This document shows positions 51,201-60,242 of a DNA stretch of 64,000 nucleotides, one piece after another; within the stretch, counting starts at the first letter, position 1, and each line of letters begins with the position of its first letter. The notes under the pieces are model-generated. The model was not told the DNA's origin and made no database searches. It saw nothing but the letters and a program-made list of their open reading frames with translations. The stretch comes from Patescibacteria group bacterium (GTDB lineage Bacteria; Acidobacteriota; Aminicenantia; UBA2199). The DNA lies in NCBI GenBank assembly GCA_035528155.1, contig DATKZA010000121.1, forward strand, positions 26,554-90,553. The letters are read 5' to 3'. The position numbers were made by a program, and so were the translations under genes.

Positions 51201-51322
51201 AATGAACCGTCTTCAAGTTGTACCGTGCCGAAGATCTTGGCAGTGGTCTGCTGGGCGCTCAGCATTCCCGCGAGCAGGAGCACGCTGAATGCCAGCAGGG
51301 TGAACCTTTTGACAATACTCAT
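48293..51322 (-). CDS. TonB-dependent-like outer-membrane receptor with an N-terminal carboxypeptidase-regulatory-like domain (1009 aa; real start MSIVKRF at 51322)
   Basis: Signal peptide; TAKIFGTVQLEDGSLVPGVSIEATSPKLVGNATAVTDENGTFRL CarboxypepD_reg fold; plug-like region; 22-strand-scale barrel; C-terminal LGIKFAF; AAGGAGGA RBS. Confidence 0.8.
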   Translation of the reverse strand: MSIVKRFTLLAFSVLLLAGMLSAQQTTAKIFGTVQLEDGSLVPGVSIEATSPKLVGNATAVTDENGTFRLLNLTPGTYKLVFTLEGFQTVVRENIPLVAEQTASLKIEMKLGNLNEVITITGEMPLIDVKSTAKGMTLTKELFNNLPKGRDFSTLVTAVPGVYNEPMTGGLSVDGASGAENVFYVDGMETGEVRGAQQRMQAAFDFIDEVQVKASGYQAEFGGSMGGVVNVVTRSGGNQFHGEVMGYFQGSALRGKMRDVLRLKPDDPTVAQYFNYENFSNQDFSRLEGGLSLGGYILKDKLWFFGSFLPVYRQTNRDVNFDEVAGAPLTSYERKDTWMNGSIKLSAEPIKNMRLSASFIANNNQWRGGLPGDDPNTNFPDWQTIGSSTFTYDQMGENSPTWSTSANLDYTIGNNLQVSGRFGYYNQNDASVMDPPGIYYQHFTYNAGGEAAYGWPEDKVRNYGWSNYTWGLFYKLSKANYTRTSANIDVNYFMNLAGEHSWKAGFAYNQIMDDYNGTSPVPVIRLYVGRAFPNQIPGSPVDAGWLGKYGYYENRTPFGQMIDKARSNRWAFYLQDSWTIANKLTLNFGLRAEKEQVPAFSSLPEFKDIVPLDFGWGDKLAPRLGFIYDVFGDSSLKVFGAFGIFQDCMKLALPEGSYGGFVWISEYYELDTPNWDQIGVNGNFPGLYLGNKNWRIPSINETDPDMKPMSQREISFGLEKKINDDLSLSVRLVNKKLLWAIDDIGILMPEGETYFIANPGSDYVKNQYDIAISNGILPAGIPAPQKATRDYYAVNLSLEKRFSDNWLGGLSYTWSQLTGNYAGLNSSDEAERNDPNVNRYFDLWMTSYDQYMKPIAGKMNTDRPHYLKAYASYVFPFGVTLGGVVNAYSGQPLSTEIQVNGQQGYYPYNRFDTGLRSPFTVTADFYAEYALKLGKNNLEFSLNVRNVTDAKTAQRLLSFYNRDDVFISDQDLLDGVDVKSRVEQLDPRFGMGYRFLPPLEATLGIKFAF

Positions 51323-51366
51323 TTTGTTTGTCCTCCTTTTTTTATTTGACAAAACATCCAAGGTGT

Positions 51367-51382
51367 TGCAAGTTCCATGCCA
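51367..51382 (-). promoter_or_regulatory. Sigma-54 (-24/-12) promoter TGGCAT-GGAAC-TTGCA upstream of receptor gene 1
   Basis: Coding strand CTTGGCATGGAACTTGCAACACC; GG-N10-GC spacing exact; about 45 nt upstream of the ATG. Confidence 0.55.
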
Positions 51383-51689
51383 AGGGAAGCGGATGGTTTG
51401 AAAACAGCCTGGGGAATTTTTAGTGAACCTGAAAAACTTGAATGGAAGAGGGTTTGCCAGCCAGGACAGGTCGCGGAGAACATTCACCGCAAAGAGTCTT
51501 TTCTTTTTTATTGCCCCTAAAAAATACAAATTATTAATTTTTATTTCAAAAAACAATTAAAAACTCAATTTATTGAACTGCGGATAAGGACTGGCCGGAA
51601 AAATATTGCGCTGATTGAAAAAAAAACTCCTCAAAAAGCATTGGCCGGGCCTGGTTCAAGAAAAAGCGGGTTTGCCTTTTGCTGCTTTC

Positions 51690-51718
51690 TTGTCAAGCGG
51701 AACGGGTAGTGTTATAAT
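51690..51718 (+). promoter_or_regulatory. Sigma-70-like promoter TTGTCA-17 nt-TATAAT upstream of GWxTD gene 1
   Basis: TTGTCA 51690-51695, TATAAT 51713-51718; the ATG at 51725 lies 6 nt downstream (possible leaderless start). Confidence 0.4.
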
Positions 51719-51724
51719 AAATTA

Positions 51725-53815
51725 ATGATGATCAATTCAGTAAGTGCAGTGAGGCCGATGATGAAAAAATTGCTTGTGGTTTGCAGCGTTCTGATTTTTT
51801 GCTTTTCACTTCATGGCGAATCCGAGAAAGAACTCATAAAAAAACTTCCACCGCCACACCGCGTCTGGCTCACGGAAGAGGTGGTATACATTATTTCCTC
51901 TGTTGAAAAGGAAGTTTTCTTGCAGCTTGAATCCGACCGGGAACGCGACACCTTCATCAGCGCCTTCTGGAAACAGCGCAATCCCACTCCCAACCTGCCG
52001 GAAAACGAATTTAAAAAAGAGCATTACCGCCGCCTGGCCTATGTCAACAACTGGTTCGGCAAGGATTCCCCGGCCCCGGGCTGGCGCACCGACCAGGGCC
52101 GTATCTACATCACCCTGGGTGAAGCGCATTCGATCGAACGTTACGAAAGCGACAACGACCTGGTTCCTACCGTGGTCTGGTTCTACCAGGGCATGGCCGC
52201 CAAGGGACTTCCCGATTCCTTCAACGTGGTTTTTTTCAAGAAGGACGGCATGGGAGAATATGAGCTCTATTCTCCCGTCAAGTACGGTCCCCAAGCCTTG
52301 ATGCGAAACTTCGAGGGCGATGCCACTTCTTATGAGGCGGCCTATTATGCCCTGCTGGATATACAGCCCCAGCTGGCTACCGTCTCTCTCTCACTGATCA
52401 CCGGTGAACCGCTGGGCGTGAATCCCTCCATAGCCTCGGAGCTGCTGATCCGGCAGAAGATCCCTGAAACCCCGCAGCGGAATATCAAGAATATTTACGC
52501 CAGCAATTTCCTCAAGTTCAAAGGGCAGGTCGAGATCGACTACGCCGACAATTTCATGGAGAGCAGTTCCCAACTCAATGTTGTCCGCCACCCATCCGGG
52601 CACTATTTCATCCATTACCTCATCGAACCCAAGCGCCTCTCCTTTGAACAATACAAGGAGAAGTATTACACCACCCTGGAAATTTCCGGCAATATCTCCG
52701 ACCCTTCCGGAAAGATGCTCACCCAGATCTCACGCCGCATTCCCCTTGAATTGAGTGAAAATCAGATGCGCATGGTCAAGGACAAGCTTTTCAGTTTTCA
52801 GGACATGATCCCGGTCATCCCTGGAAGTTATCGCCTCACCATTTTCCTTAAAAACCTTACCACCAAGGAATTCACATCCCTGGAAAAGGATTTTGTCATC
52901 CCCGACCGGGAAAAATTGGCGATCTCGACGCTGCTGCTGGCCAACCGCAAGGCCGCCGCCGCGAGCAGTGTTGTCATCAAACCTTTTATTTTCGACGGCA
53001 GCCACCTTCTACCTTCGCCGCGCAACGATTTTCTCGCGGCCGACAATCTGGAACTCTTTTTTCAACTCCACGGCCTGAGCGGGGACTTGATACGGGCCGG
53101 CTCCCTGGAAATATCCCTTTTCCGCCGCGGCGAAAAAGTTTTCACCAAGGAACGGCTGCTCCGCGATCTTGGCTCTCTGCCCGACGTGCTGGAAACCCTG
53201 CCACTGAAGGGTCAATCCCCTGCTTACTACAATCTCAAGGTGTCCCTGCTTGACCAGAAAAAAAGCGAGATCGCGACCAAAAACGCCGATTTCTACATAA
53301 CGCCGCAACCCTCCCTGCCCCGACCCTGGGTCGTTTCCGTGCCCACAGCTGTCGGCGATTTCAGCGTCTTTCTTAACGAACTTGGACGCCAGTACGTTCA
53401 GAGCGGTGATCTTGATAAGGCCCGGCCCCTTCTGGAATCGGCTTTCCGGCAAAACCCCGACAGCGTCCGCTTCGGCGGCGATTATTGCCAACTGCTGCTG
53501 CAGAAAAAGGAATTCGCCAAGGTCAAGGCCCTGGCCCTGCCCCAGGTCAAGGAAAAATCCCGTTTTGAATTCGCCCTGCCCCTGGGCCATGCCTGCCAGG
53601 GCTTGAACGAATTCAACGACGCCATCGCTTTCTACGCGGACTTCATCACCCATTTCGGGGCCAACATCAATGTCTTCAACCAGATCGGCGAGTGTTATTT
53701 TCAGCTGGGCAATGCGGCGGAAGCCCTGAAGGCCTGGGAAAAATCATTGGAACTCAATCCCAAGCAGCCGCTCATCAGGGAAAAAGTCGCTGGTTTGCAG
53801 AAAACCGCCAAATGA
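51725..53815 (+). CDS. GWxTD-domain protein with C-terminal TPR-like repeats (alternative start MMKKLL at 51758)
   Basis: Signal peptide; FWKQRNPTP...EFKKEHYRRLAYVNNWF...GWRTDQGRIYITLGEA matches the GWxTD domain signature. Confidence 0.75.
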   Translation: MMINSVSAVRPMMKKLLVVCSVLIFCFSLHGESEKELIKKLPPPHRVWLTEEVVYIISSVEKEVFLQLESDRERDTFISAFWKQRNPTPNLPENEFKKEHYRRLAYVNNWFGKDSPAPGWRTDQGRIYITLGEAHSIERYESDNDLVPTVVWFYQGMAAKGLPDSFNVVFFKKDGMGEYELYSPVKYGPQALMRNFEGDATSYEAAYYALLDIQPQLATVSLSLITGEPLGVNPSIASELLIRQKIPETPQRNIKNIYASNFLKFKGQVEIDYADNFMESSSQLNVVRHPSGHYFIHYLIEPKRLSFEQYKEKYYTTLEISGNISDPSGKMLTQISRRIPLELSENQMRMVKDKLFSFQDMIPVIPGSYRLTIFLKNLTTKEFTSLEKDFVIPDREKLAISTLLLANRKAAAASSVVIKPFIFDGSHLLPSPRNDFLAADNLELFFQLHGLSGDLIRAGSLEISLFRRGEKVFTKERLLRDLGSLPDVLETLPLKGQSPAYYNLKVSLLDQKKSEIATKNADFYITPQPSLPRPWVVSVPTAVGDFSVFLNELGRQYVQSGDLDKARPLLESAFRQNPDSVRFGGDYCQLLLQKKEFAKVKALALPQVKEKSRFEFALPLGHACQGLNEFNDAIAFYADFITHFGANINVFNQIGECYFQLGNAAEALKAWEKSLELNPKQPLIREKVAGLQKTAK

Positions 53816-53867
53816 GACCGTCTAATATAATGCCGGAGACCGGCAATTCAATATGGAGGTTAGCAAG

Positions 53868-54827
53868 ATGAATAGAGATTACAAAAAGCCTTGGTGCGTC
53901 CTGGCCTGTGTCCTGGTCGTTTCTTCACTCACTTTTGCCCAGGCCGGCCGCGGCAAGGGGCGCCTGAGCGGCAACGTGGTCGACGAGAAGGGCGAACCCA
54001 TCGTTACTGCGGAAGTGAAGATCGAGTTCGAGAAAGGCGGCCTGGTGGACAAGACCACGGTCAACAAGAAGGGCGAATGGAGCTTCATCAGTCTGGGAAC
54101 GGGCCAGGCCATCGTCACCGCTTCGGCGGAAGAATTCCTGGACAGCAGCCTGAACATTCACGTGCAGCAGCTGGAACGCAACAAGTTCGTCACCCTGGTC
54201 CTGAAGGAGGACAAGGAAAAAAAGATCCGCCTCAAAGATGCGGGCGCGCTGGAGGAATTGGAAAAAGGCAACCAACTTTTCCAGGAACGCAAGTTCGACG
54301 AAGCCTTGCAGATCTATCAAACCTTCGCTAGCGAAAACCCCAAGGTTTACCAGATCTATTTCAATATCGGTGATGTCTACCGCGAGAAAGGTGAATTCGA
54401 CAAAGCCAACGAGCAGTACGCCATGGCCCAGGTCAAGGCCAAGGAAAAGGCTGATGTCGTCCTGCAGGCCAGGGCCCTGGCCTCGTTCGGCGAGATCTGC
54501 CTGAGGCAGGAAAAATTCAAGGAAGCCCAGGAATTCTTCACCCAGTCGATCGCTCTCAACCCCAAGGACGAGATCCTGGCCTACAATGTGGCCGAGATAT
54601 TTTTCGGACGCAACCAGACCGACAAAGCCATCGAGTATTACCTGCTGGCCATTCAGATAAAACCCGAGTGGAGCGAGCCCTACCTGAAATTGGGCTATGC
54701 CTATCTGAACAAAGGCGACATGGCCAAGGCGGTCGAATATTTGAACGGCTTCCTCACCCACGACCCCGAATCGCCCCAGGCGCCGGTGGTCCAAAGCCTG
54801 ATCGAATCCCTGACCAAGGCCAAATAA
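53868..54827 (+). CDS. Secreted TPR-repeat protein with an N-terminal carboxypeptidase-regulatory-like domain (alternative start 53853)
   Basis: Signal peptide; GRLSGNVVDEKGEPIVTAEVKIEFEKGG CarboxypepD_reg-like; then at least 5 TPR units; GGAGG RBS before 53868. Confidence 0.7.
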   Translation: MNRDYKKPWCVLACVLVVSSLTFAQAGRGKGRLSGNVVDEKGEPIVTAEVKIEFEKGGLVDKTTVNKKGEWSFISLGTGQAIVTASAEEFLDSSLNIHVQQLERNKFVTLVLKEDKEKKIRLKDAGALEELEKGNQLFQERKFDEALQIYQTFASENPKVYQIYFNIGDVYREKGEFDKANEQYAMAQVKAKEKADVVLQARALASFGEICLRQEKFKEAQEFFTQSIALNPKDEILAYNVAEIFFGRNQTDKAIEYYLLAIQIKPEWSEPYLKLGYAYLNKGDMAKAVEYLNGFLTHDPESPQAPVVQSLIESLTKAK

Positions 54828-54829
54828 CC

Positions 54830-55500
54830 AGTAGGGGTTTGATGAATCAAACCCCTACCTATTCACCCATCCCCTCTCTTTCAAAATGAGAGGGGAGTGC
54901 TGTTTTCCCCTTCTCTTCCCAAGAGAAGGGGGTAGGGGATGAGTTGGGAGCATTCAGAAAATTTGTTTGTTTTAGATATCTCTCAGAGATTGAGTTAGGA
55001 AGGAAAAACTCACCCCCATCCCCTCTCTTTTAAAATGAGAGGGGTTTTTTTTTCTCTCCCGGGTTCGGCATGGAGGGAGAACGGCTATTAATACTGATAT
55101 TATATATATGGAAACCCCTTTCGGAGCGAATTGAGTATTCTGGTGGTTTATCCAGGGACGTATACGGAATACTGAACTCACCCCCTGACCCCCTCTCTTC
55201 CCAAAGAGAGGGGGAAGTGCAATTATGGCTGATGAAGCCCTTTCTCTTTACCAATCACTAATCACCAATCACGAATAACGAATCACGAATTGCGGGGGGA
55301 TGAGTTAAGAGCACGATTATCCTGACATTAGAACAAGCCAGCACAAGTTGGATCATTCGTAACGCGTAACACGTAACGCGTGACGAGAAAGAGAAGATGT
55401 CGAGGTTTGAGGTTCGAAGTAGAAGAAAAGATCACAAGGAAATTCCAGATGTAGGGGTTTGATTCATCAAACCCTTGCAGTCAGGTAATATTCTTCTGAG
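54830..55500. repeat. Non-coding island packed with short palindromic repeat units and hairpins (REP/MITE-like family shared with 672-775 and 18946-19185)
   Basis: Units cccctctctttcaaaatgagagggg, ccccttctcttcccaagagaagggggtaggggatgagtt, cccctctcttttaaaatgagagggg, ccccctctcttcccaaagagaggggg; CAATCAC tandem repeats at 55245-55295; palindrome GTAGGGGTTTGATGAATCAAACCCCTAC at 54833 with an imperfect copy at 55446. Confidence 0.55.
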
Positions 55501-55740
55501 TCTGGATTGATATCTGCCTGGGGCAGGGAACGCAGATCGATCTGCGTTCCTTCAGAAGAAAACCTATCATGCTTTTGTTTAGAATATTAGAACTTGGAAT
55601 TTATTTGGAATTTTCTTAAGTACGGGAGGGTTTCACCCCCTGAAGGGGGCACGAACCCTCCCCTACATTCCTCTCCCCCCATACCCCTCTACCTCTCGAA
55701 CTATTCCCTCGTCCCTTACTGCCGGGGGGCGATCTACGGG

Positions 55741-55786
55741 CAAAAAAAAACCCCGCCCCCCGAAGGGGGCAGGGTCTTTTAAGTCC
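55741..55786 (-). terminator. Strong rho-independent terminator downstream of receptor gene 2 (bidirectional hairpin; U9 on minus, UCUUUU on plus)
   Basis: caaaaaaaaaccccgccccccgaagggggcagggtctttt; 25 nt past the gene 2 stop at 55812. Confidence 0.65.
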
Positions 55787-55811
55787 GCTAATTTAAACGA
55801 TTAGCCGACGT

Positions 55812-58800
55812 TTAGAAACTGAACTTGAAGCCCAGGCGGACAGCCAGCGGAGTTCCGCGGACGCCGTCGCCGTAGAACCACGTTTCCTTCTTGAACAGGG
55901 GATCCAGCTCGATGTCGGCGATCTCCCAGGTGGAGCTGTTGGCGATCTCTTCGTAGCTGGGGGCGGTGCCGCCGTTGTTGTAGATCTGGTAGATCCTCTG
56001 CGCGGTGCGGCTGTTGGTGACGTTGTCGACGTTGACGCTGATGTTGAGGTTGTTCTTGCCCAGTTTGAGGTTGTATTCGGCGTAGAGATTGGCGAACCAG
56101 AAGAAGGGGGTGCGGCCCAGGTCGCCGCGTCCGAAGGGCAGGTAGCCCTGGACGTCCATGGAGTACTCGGTCGAGACCGGGATGCCGCTCATGGCGTTGA
56201 TGACCGTACCGAAGGTCAGGCCCATGGGCAGGGAGTAGGAGCCGTACAGTTTGACGTAGTGGGTGCGGTCGCCGGGCATGACGCCGTCGATCTTGTTCAT
56301 CTCCCTGTCAAACGCCAGGTACCAGAGGTCGAAGTAGCGTTCGACGTTGGGGTTGCTGCGGCCCAATTCGTCGCCCGAGGCCAGGCCGGAGTAGTTGCCG
56401 GTCAGGCGGCTCCAGGTGTAGGAGATGCCGCCCATCCAGTTGTTGGAGAAACGCTTGTCGAGGGAGAGGTTGAGGGCGTAATACAGGCGCTTGGCTTTGG
56501 GGATGTCCGGGGCGTTCTGGGGGATCGATCCGGTCGCTTTTTGTTCAGCCCATCTCGCCTTGATGTAGTCGCTGCCGGGGTTGGTGGTGTAGTACATTTC
56601 GCCGTCGGGGGTCAAGATGCCGATGTCCTCGATGGCCCAGAGCAGGTTCTTGTTGACCAGGCGGGCGGTAAAGGCCAGGTCTTCCCTGAGTTTCTTTTCG
56701 ACACCGAGGGAGATTTCCATCTGGCTCATGGATTTCATGTCGGGGTCGGTGGTATCGAAGGAGGGCATGCGGAAGTCGAAGACGGCCAGAGGAGTGCCGT
56801 AGTCCCAGCCTTCCATGCCGATCTCGTCCCATTTGTAGGTGTTGAGCGGGTAGATGGCGCTCGACCATAAGAATCCACCGTAGGAGCCGGCGGCCATTTC
56901 GAGCTTCATGACGTCATAAAAGAGGCCGGCCGAACCGAAGACTTTGAGACTGGAGTCGCCATTGACGTCCCAGATGAAGCCTAAGCGCGGAGCCAGCTTG
57001 TCGCCAAAGCCCCACTCGATGGCCTTGACGTCTTTGTAGTCGGGGTTCGAGCTGTAGGAGGGGATGTATTCGGCTTCGGTGCGCACGCCAAAGTTGATGG
57101 TGACGCGGTTGGCGATGGTCCAGGAATCCTGGAGGTAGAGGGCCCAGCGGTTGGAATACGCTTTGTAATAAGCCCCGTATGGACCGGAATCTACGTTGCC
57201 GCGCGCGGAGTAGTAGCCGTAGGTACCGCGGCCATAGTTTGTACCGTATGCTTCATAATCCCTGTTCCAGCCAAACAAAATATAGGGAAAGGCCGCGGAG
57301 TTGTCATAATTCTGCCCCTGGCGCACGAACTGCACGCCGGCCTTCCAGGAGTGTTCGCCGCCCAGGTTGAGGAAGTAGGTCATGTCGGCGTTGACGCTCA
57401 TTTTTTCGTTCAGGGCCTTTTTGAGCGCATAGGGTACGGCCGATGCGCTTCTAAAACCAGCACTACGCTGGTACTCATCGGGCACGCCCGGCAATCCTCT
57501 GTTGGTGGTGCTGAAATAACCGCCGGGGGCTTCCGTCAAGAATCGCCAGTACGGTTCGGTCGGATCAACAAGAATACCACCTTGGTCGCGCTTGAAGTAG
57601 CCGGCGCGGGCGCTGACCATGAAGTTGTTGCCCGCGGTGAAGTCGGCCGAAAAGCTGCCGGAGAAGTTAGGATAGGAGTAACCATACTCGTCGTAGGAGA
57701 CCTTCGGGGCAGGGTTGCCGCCGAAGGCGTTGTTCAGATCGCCCTTGTAATTGTAGAAACTGTTGACCAAGGAAGCGGTCACGCGCAGGTTCTTGGCGGG
57801 CTGGGCGGTGAGCTTGCCTGAGAAGTTCCAATAGTTTTCGGTCCGTTTCCAGTCTTTGACCGTGCCGCCGCCGTAGTCGACTGTGCGGGTGTTGCTGTAG
57901 TAGACGGGCAGGAAGGAGCCGAAGAACCACAGCTTGTCCTTGATGAGGTAGCCGCCCAGGTTGAAGCCGCCTTCGAGGCGGCTGTCATTGTTGTCGCCGA
58001 TATAATCGACGTAATCGTAATACTTGGCTTTGCTGACGTCCACCTTGTCGTAGTCGAGGCGTTGACTGTAGGGCGCGCGCAGGGCGGCGCCGCTGTAGAA
58101 ACCCAGGATCTCGCCATGAAATTCGTTGCCGCCCGAGCGGGTGACGACGTTGATGACGCCGCCCAGCGAGCCGCCGAATTCGGCACTGTAACCGGAAGCC
58201 TTGACCTGGACCTCGTCGACGAAGTCGAAGGAGGCCGACTGGCCGTTGGCGCCGTTAACGATGTTGGTGACGTCGGTGCCGTCGATGTAGTACATGTTCT
58301 CCAGGCCCGAGGCGCCGTCGATCGAGGTGCCGCCGAGCATGGGCTCGTTGGAAACGCCGGGGATGGCGGTGATCAGCGAGTCGAAGTTGCGGCCCTTGGG
58401 CAGGGTCTGGAAGACCTCTTTGGTCAACGTCATGCCCTTGACCGTGCTCTTGACGTCGATCTGGGCGACCTGACCGGTGATGGTCACCATTTCCTCGATG
58501 TTGCCGAGTTTCATGGAAACCTTGATGCTGAGGGTCTGTTCCAAGCCTACCTGGACGCCGTCCCGAATGACGGTCTGGAATCCCTGCAGGGTAAACACCA
58601 GTTTGTACATACCCGGAGCCAGGTTAAAAAGCCTGAAGGTGCCGTTTTCGTCGCTGACCGCGGTGGTCTTGCCGACTAATTTCGGGCTGGTGGCCTCGAC
58701 GTTAACGCCGGGGACCAGCGAGCCGTCTTCAAGCTGCACTACGCCAAAGATCTTGGCCGTAGATGTCTGGGCTGTCAGCAGTCCTGCGCACAGGAGCAGG

Positions 58801-58838
58801 CTGATCGCCAGCACAGCGAACCTTTTGGCAAAATTCAT
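55812..58838 (-). CDS. TonB-dependent-like outer-membrane receptor with an N-terminal carboxypeptidase-regulatory-like domain; paralog of 48293-51322
   Basis: MNFAKRFAVLAISLLLCAGLLTAQTSTAKIFGVVQLEDGSLVPGVNVEATSPKLVGKTTAVSDENGTFRL is collinear with receptor 1 along the full length; ends GFKFSF. Confidence 0.8.
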   Translation of the reverse strand: MNFAKRFAVLAISLLLCAGLLTAQTSTAKIFGVVQLEDGSLVPGVNVEATSPKLVGKTTAVSDENGTFRLFNLAPGMYKLVFTLQGFQTVIRDGVQVGLEQTLSIKVSMKLGNIEEMVTITGQVAQIDVKSTVKGMTLTKEVFQTLPKGRNFDSLITAIPGVSNEPMLGGTSIDGASGLENMYYIDGTDVTNIVNGANGQSASFDFVDEVQVKASGYSAEFGGSLGGVINVVTRSGGNEFHGEILGFYSGAALRAPYSQRLDYDKVDVSKAKYYDYVDYIGDNNDSRLEGGFNLGGYLIKDKLWFFGSFLPVYYSNTRTVDYGGGTVKDWKRTENYWNFSGKLTAQPAKNLRVTASLVNSFYNYKGDLNNAFGGNPAPKVSYDEYGYSYPNFSGSFSADFTAGNNFMVSARAGYFKRDQGGILVDPTEPYWRFLTEAPGGYFSTTNRGLPGVPDEYQRSAGFRSASAVPYALKKALNEKMSVNADMTYFLNLGGEHSWKAGVQFVRQGQNYDNSAAFPYILFGWNRDYEAYGTNYGRGTYGYYSARGNVDSGPYGAYYKAYSNRWALYLQDSWTIANRVTINFGVRTEAEYIPSYSSNPDYKDVKAIEWGFGDKLAPRLGFIWDVNGDSSLKVFGSAGLFYDVMKLEMAAGSYGGFLWSSAIYPLNTYKWDEIGMEGWDYGTPLAVFDFRMPSFDTTDPDMKSMSQMEISLGVEKKLREDLAFTARLVNKNLLWAIEDIGILTPDGEMYYTTNPGSDYIKARWAEQKATGSIPQNAPDIPKAKRLYYALNLSLDKRFSNNWMGGISYTWSRLTGNYSGLASGDELGRSNPNVERYFDLWYLAFDREMNKIDGVMPGDRTHYVKLYGSYSLPMGLTFGTVINAMSGIPVSTEYSMDVQGYLPFGRGDLGRTPFFWFANLYAEYNLKLGKNNLNISVNVDNVTNSRTAQRIYQIYNNGGTAPSYEEIANSSTWEIADIELDPLFKKETWFYGDGVRGTPLAVRLGFKFSF

Positions 58839-58885
58839 TTGTTTGTCCTCCTTTTTAGATTTTTAGACAAATCACTAATAATATA

Positions 58886-58900
58886 GCAAGAACCATGCCA
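58886..58900 (-). promoter_or_regulatory. Sigma-54 (-24/-12) promoter TGGCAT-GGTTC-TTGCT upstream of receptor gene 2
   Basis: Coding strand CTTGGCATGGTTCTTGCTATAT; same spacing to the ATG as at gene 1; identical 22-nt AAAAAGGAGGACAAACAAAATG RBS region. Confidence 0.55.
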
Positions 58901-59187
58901 AGTTGACAAAGGGGGCGGCTATTGTCAATCGGAACGGAAACAATTTATAGAAGTGCGCTTATCAATGGTTTCGCCCGGGGGAGGAATGAAACCGTATCGC
59001 TGATAGCGAGAGTAGTTTCTCTGAAACCCGGAAAAATTCAAATAATTGAATAATTATTCAAAAAACAGAATTATGGTTGTTGGAAAACTGGGGGATTCCA
59101 CTTTTGGGTCATTGAAAAGCGGCTGGGTGAGTAGCAAAAAAGTGCCGACCGCCGCTTGGGGACGATCGGCACGATAAAAAACTGATT

Positions 59188-60225
59188 CTATAATACGATC
59201 TTGAAGGTGAATTCCTGCAAACCCTTGGTTTTGGAAACATTGTCCAGGATTTCGATCTCCAGGACATAAGCGCCGGGCTCGAGCAGCTTCTCTTTGCGTT
59301 CCGTTTCGACGCCTTTGTCGTTCTTGGTCACCTCGGTGTAGGCAAAGGCGATAGGCTGGCTGATGATGGGGCTGTTGACGGTCTGCGGGGCCATTTTGTT
59401 GACCTCCTTGCCGTCTTTCTTGAATTTGTAGGTGACCTGCAGATTCAGTGCCTTGGTAGCGCTGTCGGGTTTGCCGCCGAGGATAAAATAAAAAAGGTCC
59501 AGGTTCTCGTTGGTTTTGAATTCGTTTTTCAGGTCTGGCGCCAGCAGCAGGGTGTTGTAAACAAAGGAATTTTTATGGATGATCAATTTCGTTTCGGCAG
59601 CCTGCATCATTTGCAGGTCGCGCACCGAAAAAACCGGGGTAGTGACGAGCTTGTCATTGATGCTGGCGAAATCAGGGATGGAAAATTCAGTATAGCAGGC
59701 AGCGATCTTGGTGAAATCCGACGTGCTGACAGCCAGGGCCAGCAGATAGGCGCCGGCCGGGTAAATATCGCCGGCGATGGAGTAATAGTTCAGGGCATCG
59801 GGCTGGAACCCCTGCTGGTTTTCCTCCAGGTCGAAGCGAATGTTGCGTTCCTTGACGATCTCCCCGGGCACGCCGTTCTCCATGCGGTAGACGCGGATGA
59901 AAGCCATGTGATTGGCTTTGAGCACTCCGGGAGCTTCCGCTTGCGATGAAAAATCCAGGTCGGAGTTCTTCATCTGGAACAAGAAGACCGGGTAGGCATG
60001 GTTCTGCTGGGCGGGCAGGTACAAGGTCTTCAGGTAGGTCATGGGGATGTCGCTGCGGTTCAGCCGGGTTGAGACGCCGGCTGCAAACACGGCGGCAACC
60101 TCGGGGGAGATGAAGAACTGGCCCTGGTTCTTTTCAGTGGCGGGTTTGCTTTTTGCGGCCGCCAATTGCAGCGAGATCAACAGCAGTACGGTCAGCGTCG
60201 TAACAATAGAGTTCCTTGCTTTCAT
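59188..60225 (-). CDS. Hypothetical secreted protein (345 aa)
   Basis: Signal peptide MKARNSIVTTLTVLLLISLQLAAA; no recognisable domain; 17 nt downstream of GWxTD gene 2 (operon). Confidence 0.45.
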   Translation of the reverse strand: MKARNSIVTTLTVLLLISLQLAAAKSKPATEKNQGQFFISPEVAAVFAAGVSTRLNRSDIPMTYLKTLYLPAQQNHAYPVFLFQMKNSDLDFSSQAEAPGVLKANHMAFIRVYRMENGVPGEIVKERNIRFDLEENQQGFQPDALNYYSIAGDIYPAGAYLLALAVSTSDFTKIAACYTEFSIPDFASINDKLVTTPVFSVRDLQMMQAAETKLIIHKNSFVYNTLLLAPDLKNEFKTNENLDLFYFILGGKPDSATKALNLQVTYKFKKDGKEVNKMAPQTVNSPIISQPIAFAYTEVTKNDKGVETERKEKLLEPGAYVLEIEILDNVSKTKGLQEFTFKIVL

Positions 60226-60242
60226 TATATTTCTCCTATAAA

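Noticed and set aside
55594-55782. 62-aa plus ORF and 55030-55254 / 54972-55181 minus ORFs in the repeat island
   Set aside because: Pro/Gly/Ser-rich translations generated by the GC-rich palindromes; no RBS; they overlap hairpin units.
54830-55810. Possible CRISPR array in the repeat island
   Set aside because: The repeats are short internally palindromic units of several different types, not a regularly spaced direct repeat with unique spacers; no cas genes in the window.
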